Positions 9,817 to 22,175 of a stretch of 57,595 nt of DNA are shown in pieces. Origin of the DNA: an uncultured Hyphomicrobiaceae bacterium. GTDB taxonomy: Bacteria; Pseudomonadota; Alphaproteobacteria; Rhizobiales; Rhodomicrobiaceae. Position 1 is the stretch's first letter; each line of letters begins with the position of its first letter. The notes under the pieces were generated by a model. It was not told where the DNA came from. It saw only the letters and a list, made by a program, of their open reading frames with translations, and searched no databases. The translations under genes were made by a program, and so were the position numbers. The DNA is taken from contig CAZYUT010000001.1 in NCBI GenBank assembly GCA_964650735.1, positions 1 to 57,595 on the forward strand. The letters run 5' to 3'.

Positions 9817-10982
9817 ATCCAAATCATCTCGCCCAGGTCGCGGGCGAGGAAACGCGCGATGGTATGCGGGGTGAAAGCGAACGCTTCACGGATTATGAAG
9901 CCCTGCTCAACGCCATGCCGCATCCGGTGCTTGTTCTCGGCCCAGAGAACGAAGTGCTGGCTGCAAATTTTCCTGCTGAGGTATTTTTCGGTGCGAGCGA
10001 GAACGTCCTGCGCCGGCGCGCGGCCGATGACCTCGTCGCCTTCTCCTGCCCGCTGCTCGCCCTGATCCGCCAGGTTCGCCAGACCCATGCGACCGTAAAC
10101 GAATACGGCGTGGAACTGACCATGCCGGACGGCGCAAAGGATCGCGTCGCCGACGTATTCGCTGCGCCGCTGATCGAGCATGACGGCCTGGTGATGCTCA
10201 TGCTCCAGCAGCGCACGATGGCGCAAATGATCGAACGCCAGCTTACCCATCGCGGTGCGGCGCGATCCGTTTCGGGGCTGGCGGCCGTTCTCGCCCATGA
10301 GATCAAGAACCCGTTGTCCGGCATCCGCGGCGCGGCACAACTCCTCGAAGCCGGCGCTCAGCCTGAGGATCAGCAACTCGCCCAGCTCATCTGCGACGAG
10401 ACCGAGCGCATCTGCAAACTCGTCGAGCGTATGGAGGTCTTCGGCGACGAACGCCCGCACAAAAGCGAGCCGATCAACATCCACACCGTGCTCGATCATG
10501 TTATGCGCATCGCGGAAAGCGGCTTCGCCCGGCACATCAAGTTCGTGCAGGCCTATGACCCATCGCTGCCGCCGGTGCCCGGCAACCGCGACAAGCTGAT
10601 CCAGGCGATCCTGAACCTCGTGAAGAACGCCGCCGAGGCGATCGGCCGGGACCGCGCCGACGGCCAGATCACGCTGGCGACCGCCTTCCGCCCCGGAATC
10701 CGCTTGAGCTTGCCGAACTCCAGCACGCGGGTGAGCCTGCCGCTGGAGATCAGCGTGATCGACAACGGCCCCGGCGTGCCCGAGGAAATTCGCAGTTATC
10801 TCTTCGATCCGTTCGTCACGACCAAGCCCAAGGGTACCGGCCTTGGCCTCGCGATGGTGGCGAAGATCGTCAACGACCACGGCGGCGTCATTGAATGCGA
10901 CACCGAACAGCGCCAGACAGCCTTCCGGCTGTTGATGCCGATGCATCACGAATCGCGGCGCGGCCGGGCGGCAGATGAGTGA
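9813..10982 (+). CDS. ntrB: Nitrogen regulation sensor histidine kinase
   Basis: PAS-like N-terminus, [10 protein letters not shown]-box, DNGPG, GTGLGL; exact start uncertain. Confidence 0.94.
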   Translation: MNPNHLAQVAGEETRDGMRGESERFTDYEALLNAMPHPVLVLGPENEVLAANFPAEVFFGASENVLRRRAADDLVAFSCPLLALIRQVRQTHATVNEYGVELTMPDGAKDRVADVFAAPLIEHDGLVMLMLQQRTMAQMIERQLTHRGAARSVSGLAAVLAHEIKNPLSGIRGAAQLLEAGAQPEDQQLAQLICDETERICKLVERMEVFGDERPHKSEPINIHTVLDHVMRIAESGFARHIKFVQAYDPSLPPVPGNRDKLIQAILNLVKNAAEAIGRDRADGQITLATAFRPGIRLSLPNSSTRVSLPLEISVIDNGPGVPEEIRSYLFDPFVTTKPKGTGLGLAMVAKIVNDHGGVIECDTEQRQTAFRLLMPMHHESRRGRAADE

Positions 10983-10990
10983 AGGGGACC

Positions 10991-12430
<1,440 letters not shown>

Positions 12431-12574
12431 TCACGGCTGCGGACGCGAAATGCGAGAATGGATTCGCCACAAAGGTGCATTGCGCAACACCGGACGTTAG
12501 CGCTAAGAAAACGACGCCATCGGGGGCCAAGGCGGCAAATCCGCCACATTTTTTGCCGATTTGGCTGGCAACCA

Positions 12575-12600
12575 TGTTCTCAAATTGCAACATTGTTGCA
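12575..12600. promoter_or_regulatory. Palindromic operator upstream of ntrY, candidate NtrX site
   Basis: Perfect TGCAACA-T-TGTTGCA at 12586-12600, overlapping an imperfect TGTTCT...GCAACA inverted pair, in an AT-rich island. Confidence 0.5.
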
Positions 12601-12797
12601 TCCAGTCATCTATTCGTCGCGTTTTCAGTTTCCCCGTGATGAACGGGCCGCGCGGTGTATGTCTGCGTCGCGGCGGCATTGGAAGGTTGAAACATGATCT
12701 GCGCGTGCCAGCGGCGCGAACCGCCTGTCGTGCTTCGTCGCCTTAGGCTCAAAACTTGTTCGCCTTGGTCGCCGGCTTTTCGCCGAGAGGGCCGGCG

Positions 12798-15137
12798 ATG
12801 ACGGTGGCGCGCCACGAAGAGGCAGCTGCCGCGTTTCCCGCGGGCGAGCCGCAGAAACGCGCTGGCCTCACCGGGCGGCGGATCGGCCTCGCCATCGTCT
12901 GCCTCGCGCTGTTCTCCGGCTTCTCGACCTACCTGATCCTCACCGGCCTCACGCCGATCATCCCGACGCATGGCGTTGTGGTCAGCATGCTCCTCGTGAA
13001 CGGGGTGCTGATCGCCGCGATGCTCGGCATGGTCGGCTGGCAGCTTCTGGGCCTGTGGCGGGCGCGCAAGCAGCAGGCGGCTGCCGCACGGCTGCACACG
13101 CGCATCGTCGGGCTGTTCAGCGTGATCGCGCTCATGCCCGCGATCCTGCTGGTGATTTTCGCCACGCTCTCACTGGATCGTGGTCTGGACAATTGGTTCT
13201 CGACCCGCATCCAGTCGATCATCGCCAACTCGATCGATGTGGCCAGCGCCTATGTCAACGAACAGGGACAGGTGATTCGCTCCGATGCGCTTGGCATGGC
13301 GCGCGAGCTTGAGTCTTCGGTTCAACTGCTCAGCGAAGACCCCGAAGCCTTCGAGAAGTTCCTGACGGCGCAGGCAGCGTTGCGGGCGATCCCGGTCGCC
13401 TATGTCATCGACGGCGCGCGCGAGCCGGTCGCCGAAGCCTCCAGCCGCAGCGAGATCGGCTTCCGGAAGCCGCCGCCCCAGGCGCTGGATGCCGCCGACG
13501 AGGGACGGATCGTCGAGTTGGCCCTTCAATCGGACGGCGCGGTCGGCGCGCTGACCAGGATTGCCGGGACCGAGGACCGCTACTTATACGTGATCCGCCC
13601 GGTGAACCCACGGGTTCTGGGGCACTTGCGCACGACCCGCGCCAACGCTGCGGAGTACAGTCAACTGGAGCAGCGCCGTGCGGGCATCCAGGTTGCCTTC
13701 GCCGCCATGTTCATCTCGATTTCGCTGACCTTCCTGCTTGCGGCGATCTGGGCAGGCTTGTGGTTCGCCGACCGGCTGGTTGCGCCGATCCGCCAGCTGA
13801 TTGACGCGGCCTACGCCGTCTCGCAGGGCAATCTCGATGTTGCCGTGCCGCCTGCGAGCAAGAAGGAAGACGACGTCGGCAAGCTGAGTACGGCTTTCAA
13901 CCGGATGACGGCCGACCTGCGCGCCCAGCGCAAGGAACTCGTCGACGCCAACCTGCAACTCGACGAGCGCCGCCGCTTCACCGAGGCGGTGCTGTCCGGG
14001 GTGACGGCGGGGGTCATCGGCCTCGACCGGAAAGGCAAGGTGACGCTGGTCAACCGCTCTGCGCTTGAACTGCTGGGCACGCGTGAGGACAGCCTCGTCG
14101 GCAAGCCGCTGGACAAGACGTTGCCCGAATTCGCCGAATTGATGGGCGAGGCAAAGAAGCAGGGGAAGAAGCCGGTCCAGACGCACATCAAGCTGCTGCG
14201 CGAGGACGGCGAACGCAACTTCGCGGTGCGCGTCACGCGCGAGGCCGCGCGGGATAAGGGTTACGGCTTCGTCGTCACTTTCGACGACATCACCGAGCTG
14301 GTGGTTGCGCAGCGCACGTCCGCCTGGGCCGATGTCGCGCGGCGCATCGCTCACGAAATCAAGAACCCGCTGACGCCGATCCAGCTCTCGGCCGAGCGCA
14401 TCCGGCGCCGCTACGGCGACCAGATCGAGGGCGACCGCGAGGTGTTCGACCGCTGCACCGATACGATCGTCCGGCATGTTGGCGATATCCGGCGCATGGT
14501 CGACGAATTTTCCGCCTTCGCGCGGATGCCGAAGCCGGTCATCGAGTCCAACGATGTCAATGATGTCGTGCGCGAGGCGCTGGTCCTGTTTCAGATGAGC
14601 AACTCGGAAATCGCCTATAAGCTAGACGTCGCCGATACGCCGGTCGTCGCCAATTGCGATCGGCGGCTGCTCACCCAGGCCATGACAAACCTTATCAAGA
14701 ACGCCAGCGAAGCTGTCGAAGCGGCGGCCCAGGCTCAGCGCGAGGCGGGCCGCGACTATGCCGGCCGGGTCACCGCGCGCGTCACGGCGCACGACCAGTC
14801 TGTCCTCATCGAAGTCATCGACAACGGCTGCGGCCTGCCGAAGGAGGACCGGCACCGTCTCGTCGAGCCCTACGTCACGACCAGGCAGAAGGGCACTGGC
14901 CTGGGCCTTGCCATCGTGCAGAAAATCGTCGAGCAGCATCAGGGGGCGCTTGATCTCGGCGATGCCGAGCCGGCAGCGGATACGGAAGCTGGCGCAACCC
15001 GGGGGGCGCGGGTCAGCATCACACTGCCGCTGAGCGAGGCGGGCATGACAGCCGCCGAAGGGCGATCGGGGTCTTCACAACAACGCGGAGCGCGCAAGAC
15101 CGCGCGCGAGAAGCAGGGAGTCTCTCATGGGATCTGA
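12798..15137 (+). CDS. ntrY: Membrane sensor histidine kinase NtrY
   Basis: N-terminal TM segments, periplasmic domain, [32 protein letters not shown]. Confidence 0.95.
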   Translation: MTVARHEEAAAAFPAGEPQKRAGLTGRRIGLAIVCLALFSGFSTYLILTGLTPIIPTHGVVVSMLLVNGVLIAAMLGMVGWQLLGLWRARKQQAAAARLHTRIVGLFSVIALMPAILLVIFATLSLDRGLDNWFSTRIQSIIANSIDVASAYVNEQGQVIRSDALGMARELESSVQLLSEDPEAFEKFLTAQAALRAIPVAYVIDGAREPVAEASSRSEIGFRKPPPQALDAADEGRIVELALQSDGAVGALTRIAGTEDRYLYVIRPVNPRVLGHLRTTRANAAEYSQLEQRRAGIQVAFAAMFISISLTFLLAAIWAGLWFADRLVAPIRQLIDAAYAVSQGNLDVAVPPASKKEDDVGKLSTAFNRMTADLRAQRKELVDANLQLDERRRFTEAVLSGVTAGVIGLDRKGKVTLVNRSALELLGTREDSLVGKPLDKTLPEFAELMGEAKKQGKKPVQTHIKLLREDGERNFAVRVTREAARDKGYGFVVTFDDITELVVAQRTSAWADVARRIAHEIKNPLTPIQLSAERIRRRYGDQIEGDREVFDRCTDTIVRHVGDIRRMVDEFSAFARMPKPVIESNDVNDVVREALVLFQMSNSEIAYKLDVADTPVVANCDRRLLTQAMTNLIKNASEAVEAAAQAQREAGRDYAGRVTARVTAHDQSVLIEVIDNGCGLPKEDRHRLVEPYVTTRQKGTGLGLAIVQKIVEQHQGALDLGDAEPAADTEAGATRGARVSITLPLSEAGMTAAEGRSGSSQQRGARKTAREKQGVSHGI

Positions 15138-16524
15138 CATACTCATCGTCGATGACGAAGCCGATATCCGCGAACTGGTCTCCGGCATTCTCGAAGACGA
15201 GGGACACATGACCCGCCTGGCCGCAAACAGCCAGGAAGCCCTGGGCGCGATCGAGGAGCGCAAGCCGTCGCTGTTGATCCTCGACATCTGGTTGCAGGGC
15301 AGCCAACTCGACGGTCTGGAAATTCTCTCCCGGGTCAAGGCGCAGCACCCCGATCTGCCGGTCATCATTATTTCCGGTCACGGCAACATCGAGACGGCGG
15401 TAACCGCCATCAAGCGCGGCGCCTATGACTATATCGAAAAGCCCTTCAAGGCTGACCGGCTTGTGCTGGTCACCGCGCGCGCGCTCGAAAACTCTAAGCT
15501 CAAGCGCGAAAACCGGGAGTTGAAAGAGCGAAGCGTGGTCAGCTTTGACCTCATCGGCAAGTCCAGTGTCATCAATCAGCTCCGCCAGGCAATCGACCGG
15601 GTCGCGGCCACCAACAGCCGGATCATGATCACAGGCCCGTCCGGCTCAGGCAAGGAACTGGCAGCACGCGTGCTGCACGGCCAGTCGCACCGGGCAGGCG
15701 GGCCCTTCGTCGCGGTGAATGCAGCGGCAATGGCTCCGGATCGCGTCGAGATCGAGTTTTTCGGCACCGAAGCCAATGGCGCGGCCCCGCGCAAGGTCGG
15801 CGCGCTCGAAGAAGCCCATGGCGGCACGCTCTATATCGATGAAGTGGCCGACATGCCGCTGGAGACCCAGGGCAAGCTCTTGCGCGTGCTCGTCGAGCAG
15901 AAGTTCCAGCGCGTCGGCGGCGGCCCGAAGGTCCATGTGGACGTGCGGATCGTCTCGTCCACTTGCCGCGATCTGCACGGTGAAATGAGCGCCGGGCGCT
16001 TCCGCGAAGACCTGTATCACCGCCTCAACGTTGTGCCGCTCGCCGTGCCGGGCCTTGTGGAGCGGCGCGACGATATCCCGCTGCTCGTCCACCATTTCGT
16101 TGGCCAGGTCAGCAGCGCGACCGGCCTTCCGCCCCGCCGGGTCGGCGATGATGCGATGGCCGTGCTGCAATCGCAGGACTGGCCGGGCAACGTCCGCCAG
16201 CTTCGCAATGTCGTCGAGCGGCTGATGATCATGACCGGCGGCGACCCGGACAAGCCCATTACGGCGGATATGCTGCCCGAAGACGTGGTCTCCGGCGCGC
16301 CGCTGTCGCCGAATGGCTCCGGCGGCGAGCACCTCATGTCGCTGCCGCTGCGCGATGCGCGGGAAATCTTCGAGCGCGAATATCTTATGGCTCAGATCAA
16401 CCGCTTCGGCGGTAATATCTCGCGCACCGCCGAGTTCGTGGGCATGGAGCGCTCGGCCCTTCATCGCAAGCTGCGCGCGCTCGGCGTCTCGGCCGGCGAA
16501 CGCGCCGCCCCCGCCCGGCACTGA
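15127..16524 (+). CDS. ntrX: Response regulator NtrX
   Basis: LDIWLQGS receiver, AAA+ domain lacking GAFTGA (as is usual for NtrX), HTH GMERSALHRKL. Confidence 0.95.
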   Translation: MGSDILIVDDEADIRELVSGILEDEGHMTRLAANSQEALGAIEERKPSLLILDIWLQGSQLDGLEILSRVKAQHPDLPVIIISGHGNIETAVTAIKRGAYDYIEKPFKADRLVLVTARALENSKLKRENRELKERSVVSFDLIGKSSVINQLRQAIDRVAATNSRIMITGPSGSGKELAARVLHGQSHRAGGPFVAVNAAAMAPDRVEIEFFGTEANGAAPRKVGALEEAHGGTLYIDEVADMPLETQGKLLRVLVEQKFQRVGGGPKVHVDVRIVSSTCRDLHGEMSAGRFREDLYHRLNVVPLAVPGLVERRDDIPLLVHHFVGQVSSATGLPPRRVGDDAMAVLQSQDWPGNVRQLRNVVERLMIMTGGDPDKPITADMLPEDVVSGAPLSPNGSGGEHLMSLPLRDAREIFEREYLMAQINRFGGNISRTAEFVGMERSALHRKLRALGVSAGERAAPARH

Positions 16525-16653
16525 TCCGCGCCAGCGCAACCCCTGCCAGACGGTCTCCTAGAGGGCTGACAAACCGGCGCATTTCCGGTAAACCGGCGTT
16601 TCGTCGTCCGGTTGTGGCGAGCGCCGCCACACCGGGGCGGCCGGGAACACATC

Positions 16654-18030
16654 ATGCGCATTCTCATTTGCGGCGCGGGGCAGGTCGGCTTCGGGATCGC
16701 TGAGCGCCTATCCGCCGAAAACAATGACGTCTCCATCGTTGATCAGGACCCAAACCTCGTCCGGCGCATGGGCGACCTTCTGGACGTGCGCGGTTTCGTC
16801 GGCAGCGCCTCGCACCCTGACGTGCTCGACCAGGCGGGCGCGCGCGACGCCGACATGATCATCGCCGTAACGCACTCCGATGAGGTCAACATGGTCGCCT
16901 GCCAGGTGGCCCACTCGCTCTTCGACGTGCCAACCAAAGTCGCGCGGGTCCGCGCGCAGAGCTACCTCGAGCCACACTGGAGCGATCTGTTCCTGCGCGA
17001 GAATCTGCCGATTGACGTTGTGATTTCGCCGGAGATCGAGGTCGGCGAGATGATCTTGCGCCGGCTGCGCATGCCCGGCGCGTTCGAAGTGCTTGGCTTT
17101 TGCGACAACGAAATTCTGGTCCTCGGCATCCGCTGTGAAAGCGACTGCCCGGTGATTGACACGCCGCTGAAGCATCTGGGCGAGCTGTTCCCGGACCTTC
17201 CGGCGATCGTGGTCGGGGTTTACCGCGATGGCAAGCTGTTCGTGCCGCGCAGCGACGATCAACTGCTTGCAGCCGATGAGGTCTATGTCGCCACGCTGGC
17301 GCCGCAGACGGAACGGGTGATGAAGATCTTCGGCCATGAGGAACGCCGCGCCCAGCGCGTGATCATCGCCGGCGGCGGGAATATCGGTCTGTTTGTCGCG
17401 CGCCGGTTAGAGCAGACGCAGCGCGATGTGCGCCTCAAGGTGCTGGAGTACAATCGCGAACGCGCCGTCCAGATCGCCGAGCAGCTCGACCGGGCCATCG
17501 TGCTGAACGGCAGCGCGCTGGACGAGGAACTGCTTCGCGAGGCTGGCGTGGAAAGCGCAGACATGATCGTGGCGCTGACCAATGATGATCAGGTTAATAT
17601 TTTGTCGAGCGTGCTTGCCGGGCGGCTCGGTTCAGCGCGAAACATGTGTCTGATCAACAGTACCGGCTACATGACCATCGTGCGCTCGCTCGGCATCGAT
17701 GCCTTCATCAACCCGCGCGGCGTCACCGTCTCGCGCATTCTCCAACATGTCCGGCGCGGGCGGATTCGCGCGGTGCAGACCGTGCTCAACGGGGCAGGGG
17801 AGGTGATCGATGCCGAAGCGCTGCCCACCTCGCCGCTGGTCGGGCGCGCGCTCAATGAACTCGACCTGCCGGACGGTATTCGTATCGGCGGCATCCGCCG
17901 CGGCCACGCGGTGATGGTGCCCAAAGCCGACACGGTCATCGAAGCTCATGACCGCATTGTCATTTTCGCCACCAAGGACCGCGTCCACGAAGTGGAGCAA
18001 CTCTTCCGTGTCAGCCTGGACTATTTCTAA
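16654..18030 (+). CDS. trkA: Trk potassium uptake NAD-binding subunit
   Basis: Two RCK domains with GAGQVG and GGGNIG. Confidence 0.95.
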   Translation: MRILICGAGQVGFGIAERLSAENNDVSIVDQDPNLVRRMGDLLDVRGFVGSASHPDVLDQAGARDADMIIAVTHSDEVNMVACQVAHSLFDVPTKVARVRAQSYLEPHWSDLFLRENLPIDVVISPEIEVGEMILRRLRMPGAFEVLGFCDNEILVLGIRCESDCPVIDTPLKHLGELFPDLPAIVVGVYRDGKLFVPRSDDQLLAADEVYVATLAPQTERVMKIFGHEERRAQRVIIAGGGNIGLFVARRLEQTQRDVRLKVLEYNRERAVQIAEQLDRAIVLNGSALDEELLREAGVESADMIVALTNDDQVNILSSVLAGRLGSARNMCLINSTGYMTIVRSLGIDAFINPRGVTVSRILQHVRRGRIRAVQTVLNGAGEVIDAEALPTSPLVGRALNELDLPDGIRIGGIRRGHAVMVPKADTVIEAHDRIVIFATKDRVHEVEQLFRVSLDYF

Positions 18031-18075
18031 CGGCGCAAACGGCGCCAGAGCACGGGGATATCCGGCGGGCCGGGC

Positions 18076-19545
18076 ATGAACGGCGCGCTCATCGTTTTTG
18101 TGCTGGGCTGGCTGCTACTGGGCCTTGTCGTGCTCATGCTGCCGGCAATAGCGCTGGCGGCCGGTGTGGCTGAGGCCGGGGCGCTCGAAGCGTTTCTGAT
18201 TTCTGGCGGCATCACCGGCTTCGCCGGGGGCGCTCTCGTGACCGCATTCGGCGGCCAGCGCATGGTCGCGGACCGCAAGCATGCCCTGACGATTCTGCTA
18301 TGCGCCTGGACAGGCGTTCCGGTGTTCGCCTCGCTGCCGTTTCTGATCCTCACGCCCATGACCTGGAACGCGGCGCTGTTCGAGTCGGTGTCCGCCTTTA
18401 CGACCACCGGCGCCAGCGCTTTCCCCCGGCTCGTGGATGTGCCGCAGAGCCTTATTTTATGGCGCGCGCTGCTGCAATGGGCCGGCGGCTTGCTGACGCT
18501 GATGAGCGCGATCGCGATCCTGCTGCCGCTATACGGCGGCGAAGACTTTGACCTCAGCCGGGCCGAGCGCGTAAGCGAGTCAGGCGGCAGCCGCAAGCAG
18601 AGCAATTATGCGCTACGCGTCATTCTGCCGCTATATACGGGCCTCACGCTCACCTGCCTGATCCTGCTGCTATTCGCCAATATTCCGGCTTTCGATGCGC
18701 TCTGCCTGACCTTGTCGACCGTATCGACCGGGGGCTTCATGCCCCGCGACGGCACCATCGCGCTTTACGGCTCCGTGGCGGCCGAACTGGTGCTTACGGT
18801 TTTCATGTTCCTCGGCGCGGTGAGCATCTTCTGGACCCACAAGTTGCTTGGCGGACGGTTCGTCTGGGCCGGGGGGAGCCGGGAGCCGATTTCCGTGATG
18901 CTGGCCGTCTTCGCTGGTGGTCTCGTGCTCGCAACCTTGTTGTGGCTGCGCTTTCCGGTGAGCGATGCCGCCTGGATACAGTATGTCCCGCTGGGGCTGG
19001 CCGCAGCCGCCTCGCTGGTGACGACCACAGGGTTTCCGATCAGCGAAGAGGTTTTCGAGTTGATTCCCTTCGTGCTCATCGTACTGGTCTGCGCAATCGG
19101 CGCGGGGCGGCTGTCCACGGCTGGCGGCATCAAGATTTCGCGGCTGGCGATGATGCTGTCTCAGTCCTATAACGAGTTGAACCTGCTGCTTTTTCCGCAC
19201 AGCATTCATCCAACCGTGCGCACCGCCGGCGCGCTGCGCCAGGTGACGATCGGAACGGTCTGGACGCTGTTCTTCCTGACGATGCTGGTCCTGGCGCTGC
19301 TGATCGTGATGCTATCGGCGACTGGGATGGGCTTCGAGGCGGCGATGCTCGCGGCTGTGACTGCGATAAGCAACGCTGGGCCCTTCTATGAGATCGGGCG
19401 GCTTGCGCATCTGCCGGCTGACGCCCCTGCCATCTGGGAGATGAGCCCGGTTGCACATGTGCTGCTCTGCGCAGCGATGATCCTGGGGCGGATGGAGTTA
19501 CTGGCTGTCCTGTCTTTGGCGCGGCTTTTGCTCCAGCGGGAATGA
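18076..19545 (+). CDS. trkH: Trk potassium uptake membrane subunit (divergent)
   Basis: Four pore loops FTTTG, VSTGG, VTTTG, ISNAG; STAGGIK; GRME. Confidence 0.88.
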   Translation: MNGALIVFVLGWLLLGLVVLMLPAIALAAGVAEAGALEAFLISGGITGFAGGALVTAFGGQRMVADRKHALTILLCAWTGVPVFASLPFLILTPMTWNAALFESVSAFTTTGASAFPRLVDVPQSLILWRALLQWAGGLLTLMSAIAILLPLYGGEDFDLSRAERVSESGGSRKQSNYALRVILPLYTGLTLTCLILLLFANIPAFDALCLTLSTVSTGGFMPRDGTIALYGSVAAELVLTVFMFLGAVSIFWTHKLLGGRFVWAGGSREPISVMLAVFAGGLVLATLLWLRFPVSDAAWIQYVPLGLAAAASLVTTTGFPISEEVFELIPFVLIVLVCAIGAGRLSTAGGIKISRLAMMLSQSYNELNLLLFPHSIHPTVRTAGALRQVTIGTVWTLFFLTMLVLALLIVMLSATGMGFEAAMLAAVTAISNAGPFYEIGRLAHLPADAPAIWEMSPVAHVLLCAAMILGRMELLAVLSLARLLLQRE

Positions 19546-19802
19546 CGGTCTTGCGCTGCTGGCGCAATCCGCACCCGGCGGGTTGTGCACCAATGCCGTC
19601 AAACAGACGTAATCTATTTGTCGAAATCTCGTGCGATACCTACCTACTCGAAAGGCCGGCGAGAGCAAGCGGCGCGAACAAGGCAACAAATGGAGAAGAA
19701 ACGCGCCTTTCGCAGTCCGGCTTCCTGAATTCCATCGTCGGGATCGGATACGTTAAACAGGCGGTCTCAAGGCCGCGCCAAAAAAAAGCGGAAAAAGACG
19801 TT

Positions 19803-20045
19803 ATGGCTTCAGATCGCGGTCAAACCCTGCAGGACACGTTTCTCAATCATGTAAGGAAAAATAAGGTACCGCTCACAGTGTTTTTGATCAACGGGGTCAA
19901 ACTGCAAGGTATCGTGACATGGTTTGATAATTTTTGCGTGCTGCTGCGGCGTGACGGTCACTCTCAACTCGTTTATAAACACGCTATTTCAACGATCATG
20001 CCGACGCAGCCGGTCAACTTGTCGGAGACAGAAGAAAAAGAGTGA
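19803..20045 (+). CDS. hfq: RNA chaperone Hfq
   Basis: [26 protein letters not shown]; 80 aa from ATG 19803. Confidence 0.98.
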   Translation: MASDRGQTLQDTFLNHVRKNKVPLTVFLINGVKLQGIVTWFDNFCVLLRRDGHSQLVYKHAISTIMPTQPVNLSETEEKE

Positions 20046-21274
20046 GGAAAGACACGCAGACGATTTCGAACACGCAAAAAGACGCCCCCCGGCGGAATAG
20101 GCAGACCGAGCCGATGTCGACGGCCAAGCCGCGCACCGAAGCGGTCGTGCTCGCGCCGGCGCTGAAGGGACCGCGCGGAGCCGGCCGGGGCGATCCCCAG
20201 GCCCGGCTGGACGAGGCGGTTGGTCTTGCGCGCGCCATTGGCCTAAGGATCGCGCAAAGCCTGGTGGCCCCGGTGTCGCGGCCGCGCCCCGATACACTTT
20301 TTAGTGGCGGCAAGGTCGAGGAAGTGCGCGATCTGGTGGCGCAAATGCAAGCGCAGGTGGTGATCGTCGACCATCCGCTCTCGCCGGTGCAACAGCGCAA
20401 CCTGGAGCGCGCGTGGCAGGCCAAGGTGCTGGACCGCACGGGGTTGATCCTCGAAATCTTCGGCGAGCGCGCGCAGACCAAGGAAGGCCGGCTTCAGGTC
20501 GAACTGGCCCATCTGAGTTATCAGAAGTCGCGGCTCGTGCGGTCCTGGACCCACCTTGAGCGGCAGCGCGGCGGCCGGGGCTTCATGGGCGGTCCGGGCG
20601 AACGCCAGATCGAGGCGGACCGCCGGCAGATCCAGGGGCGCATCGACGTAATCCGGCGGAAGCTCGCCGAGGTGCGGCGCACGCGCGGGCTGCACCGCGC
20701 GGGCAGAAAGCGCAGCGCAAATCCAGTGGTCGCGCTCGTGGGCTACACGAATGCAGGCAAGTCAACGCTGTTCAACCGGCTGACAGGCGAGACAGTTACC
20801 GCCAAAGATCAGCTTTTCGCCACGCTCGACCCAACCATGCGCGCGGTCCGGCTTGCTGACGGGCGAACCGCGATACTCTCCGACACGGTCGGGTTCATTG
20901 CCGATCTGCCCACAACGCTGGTTGAAGCGTTCCGGGCAACGCTCGAGGAGGTCGTGGAGGCTGACGTGATCCTGCATGTCCGCGATATTGCCTGCGAGCA
21001 AACCGAGACGCAGAAGCGGGACGTCGAGGCTGTGCTGGACGAATTGGGAATCGATCCGGCTCCGGAGGCGGGCCGCGTCATCGAGGTGTGGAACAAAGCC
21101 GATCTGCTTACGCCGGAAGACCGTGCCGCGCTGACGAACCAGGCACAGCGGCGGGAGGCTGCGCCGGTGCTCATCTCCGCGACGGCAGGTGAAGGGATCC
21201 CGGAGCTGCTCGAGCAATTGGCAGGACGGTTTGCGCAACGTGCCGATGACGCCTATCGGCCCGCCGCCGAATAG
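20042..21274 (+). CDS. hflX: Ribosome-splitting GTPase HflX (short C-terminus)
   Basis: [29 protein letters not shown]; follows hfq; start uncertain. Confidence 0.95.
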   Translation: MRKDTQTISNTQKDAPRRNRQTEPMSTAKPRTEAVVLAPALKGPRGAGRGDPQARLDEAVGLARAIGLRIAQSLVAPVSRPRPDTLFSGGKVEEVRDLVAQMQAQVVIVDHPLSPVQQRNLERAWQAKVLDRTGLILEIFGERAQTKEGRLQVELAHLSYQKSRLVRSWTHLERQRGGRGFMGGPGERQIEADRRQIQGRIDVIRRKLAEVRRTRGLHRAGRKRSANPVVALVGYTNAGKSTLFNRLTGETVTAKDQLFATLDPTMRAVRLADGRTAILSDTVGFIADLPTTLVEAFRATLEEVVEADVILHVRDIACEQTETQKRDVEAVLDELGIDPAPEAGRVIEVWNKADLLTPEDRAALTNQAQRREAAPVLISATAGEGIPELLEQLAGRFAQRADDAYRPAAE

Positions 21275-21283
21275 AGCAGGGCA

Positions 21284-22147
21284 TCAGCCTTCGGGGCGCT
21301 CGGCCCGTTTGGCGGCGCGCCAGAGTTGCTCCAACTCATCCATCGATGCGTCGGACATGGTCCGGCCTGCCGCATGCAGCTGCGCTTCCATGTATTTGAA
21401 GCGCCGCGTGAATTTTCGCTGCGCGGCGCGCATGATCTCTTCGGGGTCCTGATCCAGGAAGCCAGCCAGCCGCGCCATCGTGAACAAGACGTCGCCAAGC
21501 TCCTCCGCGACCCGCTCCGGCGGCCCGCCGCCGACGATCTCGGCTTCCAGCTCGCCCAGCTCCTCGCGGATCTTGGCGAACACGGCTTCAGGCGATGACC
21601 AGTCAAAGCCGGCGCGCGAAGCCCGCCGGTGCAGCTTCCAGGCGCGGGTGAGGCCGGGCAGGGCCAGCGGAATGTCGTCCAGCGCGCTTTCGGGTTCCGG
21701 GCGCCCCTTCTGCGCACGTTCGCGCCGCTTCGTCTCTTCCCAGATACTGCGGACATCCTCCGGCCCTGCTGCCTGATGTCCGCCGAAAACATGCGGATGC
21801 CGCCGGATCATCTTGGCGGCAATGGCCTCAGCGACGTCATTAAAATCGAACGCGCCGCGCTCCTCCGCCATCTGCGCGTGATAGACCACCTGGAGCAGCA
21901 GATCGCCGAGTTCCTCGCGTAATTCCGGCATATCGTCTTTCGCGATCGCCTCGGCGACTTCGTAGGCTTCCTCGATGGTATAGGGCGCGATCGTCGCGAA
22001 ACTCTGCTCGCGGTCCCACGGGCAGCCGGTTTCGGGATCGCGGAGCGCCGCCATGACCGCGCGCAGCCGGTCGACGGGCGTCTTCGCCGCGGCGATCCGT
22101 TCGGCGGGCGCGCTCGGTGTGTCGCTGTCGTCGTCGTCGCGCGCCAT
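21284..22147 (-). CDS. mazG: Nucleoside triphosphate pyrophosphohydrolase
   Basis: GCPWDREQ, EEAYEV, EELGDLL, RRHPHVF; two MazG domains. Confidence 0.95.
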   Translation of the reverse strand: MARDDDDSDTPSAPAERIAAAKTPVDRLRAVMAALRDPETGCPWDREQSFATIAPYTIEEAYEVAEAIAKDDMPELREELGDLLLQVVYHAQMAEERGAFDFNDVAEAIAAKMIRRHPHVFGGHQAAGPEDVRSIWEETKRRERAQKGRPEPESALDDIPLALPGLTRAWKLHRRASRAGFDWSSPEAVFAKIREELGELEAEIVGGGPPERVAEELGDVLFTMARLAGFLDQDPEEIMRAAQRKFTRRFKYMEAQLHAAGRTMSDASMDELEQLWRAAKRAERPEG

Positions 22148-22175
22148 GGCTCCCTCAGACTGCGCCGGCCCGGCT

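Noticed and set aside
19542-19802. In-frame N-terminal extension of Hfq (167-aa ORF)
   Set aside because: Hfq homology starts at ATG 19803; the upstream part looks like promoter and leader sequence
21284-22147. mazG as part of a mazEF or anti-phage locus
   Set aside because: It is a standard two-domain housekeeping MazG with no toxin or defence neighbours
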